64,000 nucleotides of DNA from the NCBI GenBank assembly GCA_963758635.1, contig CAVWWD010000003.1, forward strand, positions 832,001 to 896,000. The letters are read 5' to 3'. The notes below the pieces were generated by a model, which saw nothing but the letters and a program-made list of their open reading frames with translations, was not told the origin of the DNA and searched no databases. The position numbers and the translations under genes were made by a program. This DNA is from an uncultured Candidatus Rokubacteria bacterium (GTDB lineage Bacteria > Methylomirabilota > Methylomirabilia > Rokubacteriales > CSP1-6). Every line of letters starts with the position of its first letter. The stretch's first letter is position 1. Below are positions 60,633-64,000 of the stretch, piece by piece.

Positions 60633-60662
60633 TTGACACCTTCCGAGGCTCGGTGCTAAAAA
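60633..60662 (+). promoter_or_regulatory. Putative sigma70 promoter TTGACA-N18-TAAAAA with TGn
   Basis: Perfect -35 in the divergent intergenic region upstream of the M23 gene. Confidence 0.5.
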
Positions 60663-60839
60663 CGGCGAAGCCGACAGGGAAAGCCCTCCGCCCGAAGCAT
60701 CCGACCGACGCACGGAACCAGGATCCGAGCCGTCCCGGGCCCTCCACCGAGGGGAGCGGGGACGAGTCCAGGCGAGAAGAGAGGCTTTCATGAGCCTTGG
60801 GACCAGCGGTTCAGCGAGAGACGAGAAGGCGGCGGCCTC

Positions 60840-61742
60840 GTGACGGGTCGCCAGCGGGTCCACGTCGTCATCGAGCGGACCGACGGGTCCCGGATCGTCC
60901 GGGTGCCTGCCCCGCGCTGGCTGGTGTCGGTGGTCTTCGGCCTGGCCGGGCTGCTGCTGGTCGCGGCGGGGGCCCTCTACAGGGACTACGTGACGCTCAC
61001 GGCCCAGCGGACGGCCTTCGCGACCCTCCAGGCCCGCATGGTCGCCCAGCAGACGCTGATCGACGGATTCCAGGAGCGGGTCGCCACGATGCGCGCGGAG
61101 ATCGACGGCTGGCGTGATCTCCGGACCCGGATCTGGCAGCCGTTCGGGCCCGGTCCCGAGGGTGACCAGGCCGCCGGCCGTGGCCTTGGCATCGGGGGCA
61201 CAACGGGGGCGAAGGCCCCGGACAGCCCGGTCGCTCCGACCCCGTCATTGCTCGAGGAGCTCGAGCAGCTCGCGACGGTCGTGACGGAGGAGGGCGAGAG
61301 CCTCCGCGCCTTCGAGCGCTTCATCGGGAAGGCCGGACGCATCCTCGCCGCGCTGCCCTCCCGCTGGCCGGTCCGCGGGCAGGTCAACTCGGACTTCGGT
61401 CACCGGTCGGGGGTCTGGGCGGAGGGCGCGGAGTTCCACAGCGGCATCGACATCGGCGCGGCGCGCGGCACTCCGGTGGCCGCGCCGGCGCCCGGCACCG
61501 TCGTCTTCGCCGGCTGGCAGGCGGAGTACGGCAACACGCTGATCATCGACCACGGCAACGACATCAAGACGCTCTACGGCCACCTGGCCAGGCTGGGAGT
61601 CGCGGCGGACCAGAAGGTGCAGCGCGGGCAGGTGGTGGCGTACACCGGGAACACCGGACGCTCCTCCGGGCCCCACTTGCACTACGAGATCCAGGTGGCG
61701 GGCCGGGCGGTGAACCCCCGCCGCTACCTCTGGGACGACTGA
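60840..61742 (+). CDS. M23 family metallopeptidase
   Basis: TM plus coiled coil; HSGID (HxxxD); YGHL; GNTGRSSGPHLHYE (HxH). Confidence 0.92.
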   Translation: MTGRQRVHVVIERTDGSRIVRVPAPRWLVSVVFGLAGLLLVAAGALYRDYVTLTAQRTAFATLQARMVAQQTLIDGFQERVATMRAEIDGWRDLRTRIWQPFGPGPEGDQAAGRGLGIGGTTGAKAPDSPVAPTPSLLEELEQLATVVTEEGESLRAFERFIGKAGRILAALPSRWPVRGQVNSDFGHRSGVWAEGAEFHSGIDIGAARGTPVAAPAPGTVVFAGWQAEYGNTLIIDHGNDIKTLYGHLARLGVAADQKVQRGQVVAYTGNTGRSSGPHLHYEIQVAGRAVNPRRYLWDD

Positions 61743-61856
61743 GTCACTTCCCGGACCGCTGAGCGACCTGCAGAAACGACGCCGGCCGCGCGCCTCCGTT
61801 CGGCACGCCGGCCTCTCCCGCCTCCCTCGACGACCTGACCGCGGCCGCGCGGTTGC

Positions 61857-62831
<975 letters not shown>

Positions 62832-62890
62832 GGCGTCTCACCTCGTGTGGGGTCGACGTCTGTCGTGTGACGTGGTGCTCGCGGGGCTCA

Positions 62891-63868
62891 CTAGTACAAC
62901 CAGCACGCGACCTTGTGCCCCGGCTTGACTTCCTTGATGACCGGATCCTTCTCCGTGCAGACGCTCTTGACGAACGGGCACCGCGGCGCGAACCGGCAGC
63001 CCGGCGCGATCTCGCCCCTCAGCGTGGGCACGGTGCCGCCGATGGCCTCGAGCCGCTGCTTCGACGTGGCCGCGAGGTCGATGCGCGGGATCGAGCGCAG
63101 CAGGCCCTGCGTGTAGGGATGCAGGGGCTCCTTGAAGAGGTCGCCGACCGCGGCCTCCTCGGCCACCTTGGCCGCGTACATGACGACCACGCGCTGCGCG
63201 GTCTCGGCGATGACGCCCATGTCGTGGGTGATGAGCATGACGGCCATGTGGAGCTTGGTCTTCAGCTCGTTCAGGAGCTCCAGGATCTGGGCCTGGATGG
63301 TCACGTCCAGCGCGGTGGTGGGCTCGTCGGCGATGAGGAGGTTCGGGTTGCAGGACAGCGCCATCGCGATCATGATGCGCTGCCGCATGCCGCCGGAGAG
63401 CTGGTGCGGGTACTCCTTCACGCGGCGCTCCGCGTTCGGGATGTGCACCAGCTTGAGCATCTCCACCGTCTTGTCCATCGCGTCGCGCCGGCCGAGCCCC
63501 TCGTGCAGCCGCAGAGCCTCGGCGATCTGCTCCCCGCACGTGAACACGGGGTTGAGCGAGGTCATGGGCTCCTGGAAGATCATCGAGATCTCTTTGCCCC
63601 GGATCTTCCGCATCCGGTTCGGCGCGAGGTCGACGAGGTTCTGCCCGTTGTAGTGGATCGTCCCCTCGACGATCTTGCCGGGAGGCTGGGGGATCAGCTT
63701 CATGATGGACAGCGCGGTCACGGACTTGCCGCATCCGGACTCGCCGACCACCCCGAGCGTCTCGCCCTTGTCGATGTGCAGGTCGATGCCATCGACGGCG
63801 CGCACCGTGCCTTCGTCGGTGAAGAAGTACGTCTTGAGATTCTTGACGTCCAGGAGGCGATCGGCCAT
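62891..63868 (-). CDS. Oligo/dipeptide ABC transporter ATPase (OppD/DppD type)
   Basis: [36 protein letters not shown]. Confidence 0.93.
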   Translation of the reverse strand: MADRLLDVKNLKTYFFTDEGTVRAVDGIDLHIDKGETLGVVGESGCGKSVTALSIMKLIPQPPGKIVEGTIHYNGQNLVDLAPNRMRKIRGKEISMIFQEPMTSLNPVFTCGEQIAEALRLHEGLGRRDAMDKTVEMLKLVHIPNAERRVKEYPHQLSGGMRQRIMIAMALSCNPNLLIADEPTTALDVTIQAQILELLNELKTKLHMAVMLITHDMGVIAETAQRVVVMYAAKVAEEAAVGDLFKEPLHPYTQGLLRSIPRIDLAATSKQRLEAIGGTVPTLRGEIAPGCRFAPRCPFVKSVCTEKDPVIKEVKPGHKVACWLY

Positions 63869-63950
63869 GGCGTGTCCTTGTTGACCGGGGCCGGATGGCG
63901 GTTCGGCCCGGCAGCATCAGCAGAGTCCGTGTGATGTGGCGCCCGGGGCG

Positions 63951-64000
63951 CTACCAGGCGCTCGTGATCTCCCGGAAGGCCTCGAGGGCCCGTTCGATGT
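63951..64000 (-). CDS. 3' end of a gene entering from outside the window
   Basis: ..IERALEAFREITSAW-TAG with genome-typical codons; too short to identify. Confidence 0.5.
   Translation of the reverse strand, partial: IERALEAFREITSAW

Overview
This is very GC-rich bacterial DNA; gene style and content suggest Candidatus Rokubacteria/Methylomirabilota (inference). Many genes are split by single-base indels, most likely long-read consensus errors. 1-21 kb is a surface-polysaccharide locus: GT4/GT2 glycosyltransferases, methyltransferases, a nucleotide-sugar SDR, a WcaJ-like initiator, an O-antigen ligase and a fused membrane/spermidine-synthase protein. 21-38 kb holds an ECF sigma/anti-sigma pair, folK-folB, dapB-dapA, an oppositely oriented lysA flanked by repeats, argH, mltG, a stand-alone rpoA and comEC-comEA. 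38-51 kb is accessory: a heme-oxygenase-like redox enzyme, catalase, an acyl-CoA dehydrogenase pair, a DUF411/CopG-type gene with an in-frame UGA, and a lower-GC MFS islet. 51-64 kb holds amidase, Zn-dehydrogenase, lysC, an ECF/DUF3106 cluster, hom, an aminotransferase, an M23 peptidase and two peptide ABC ATPases. Most notable: (1) a probable Tat-exported selenoprotein with UxCC replacing the CopG CxCC motif and a SECIS-like hairpin; (2) an orphan RNA polymerase alpha gene with a rewritten beta-prime-contact loop; (3) two possibly related families of ~80-bp dispersed non-coding motifs at gene junctions and leaders, one copy placed to be transcribed antisense; (4) a composite repeat block after lysA. 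I saw no rRNA, tRNA, CRISPR array or transposase.
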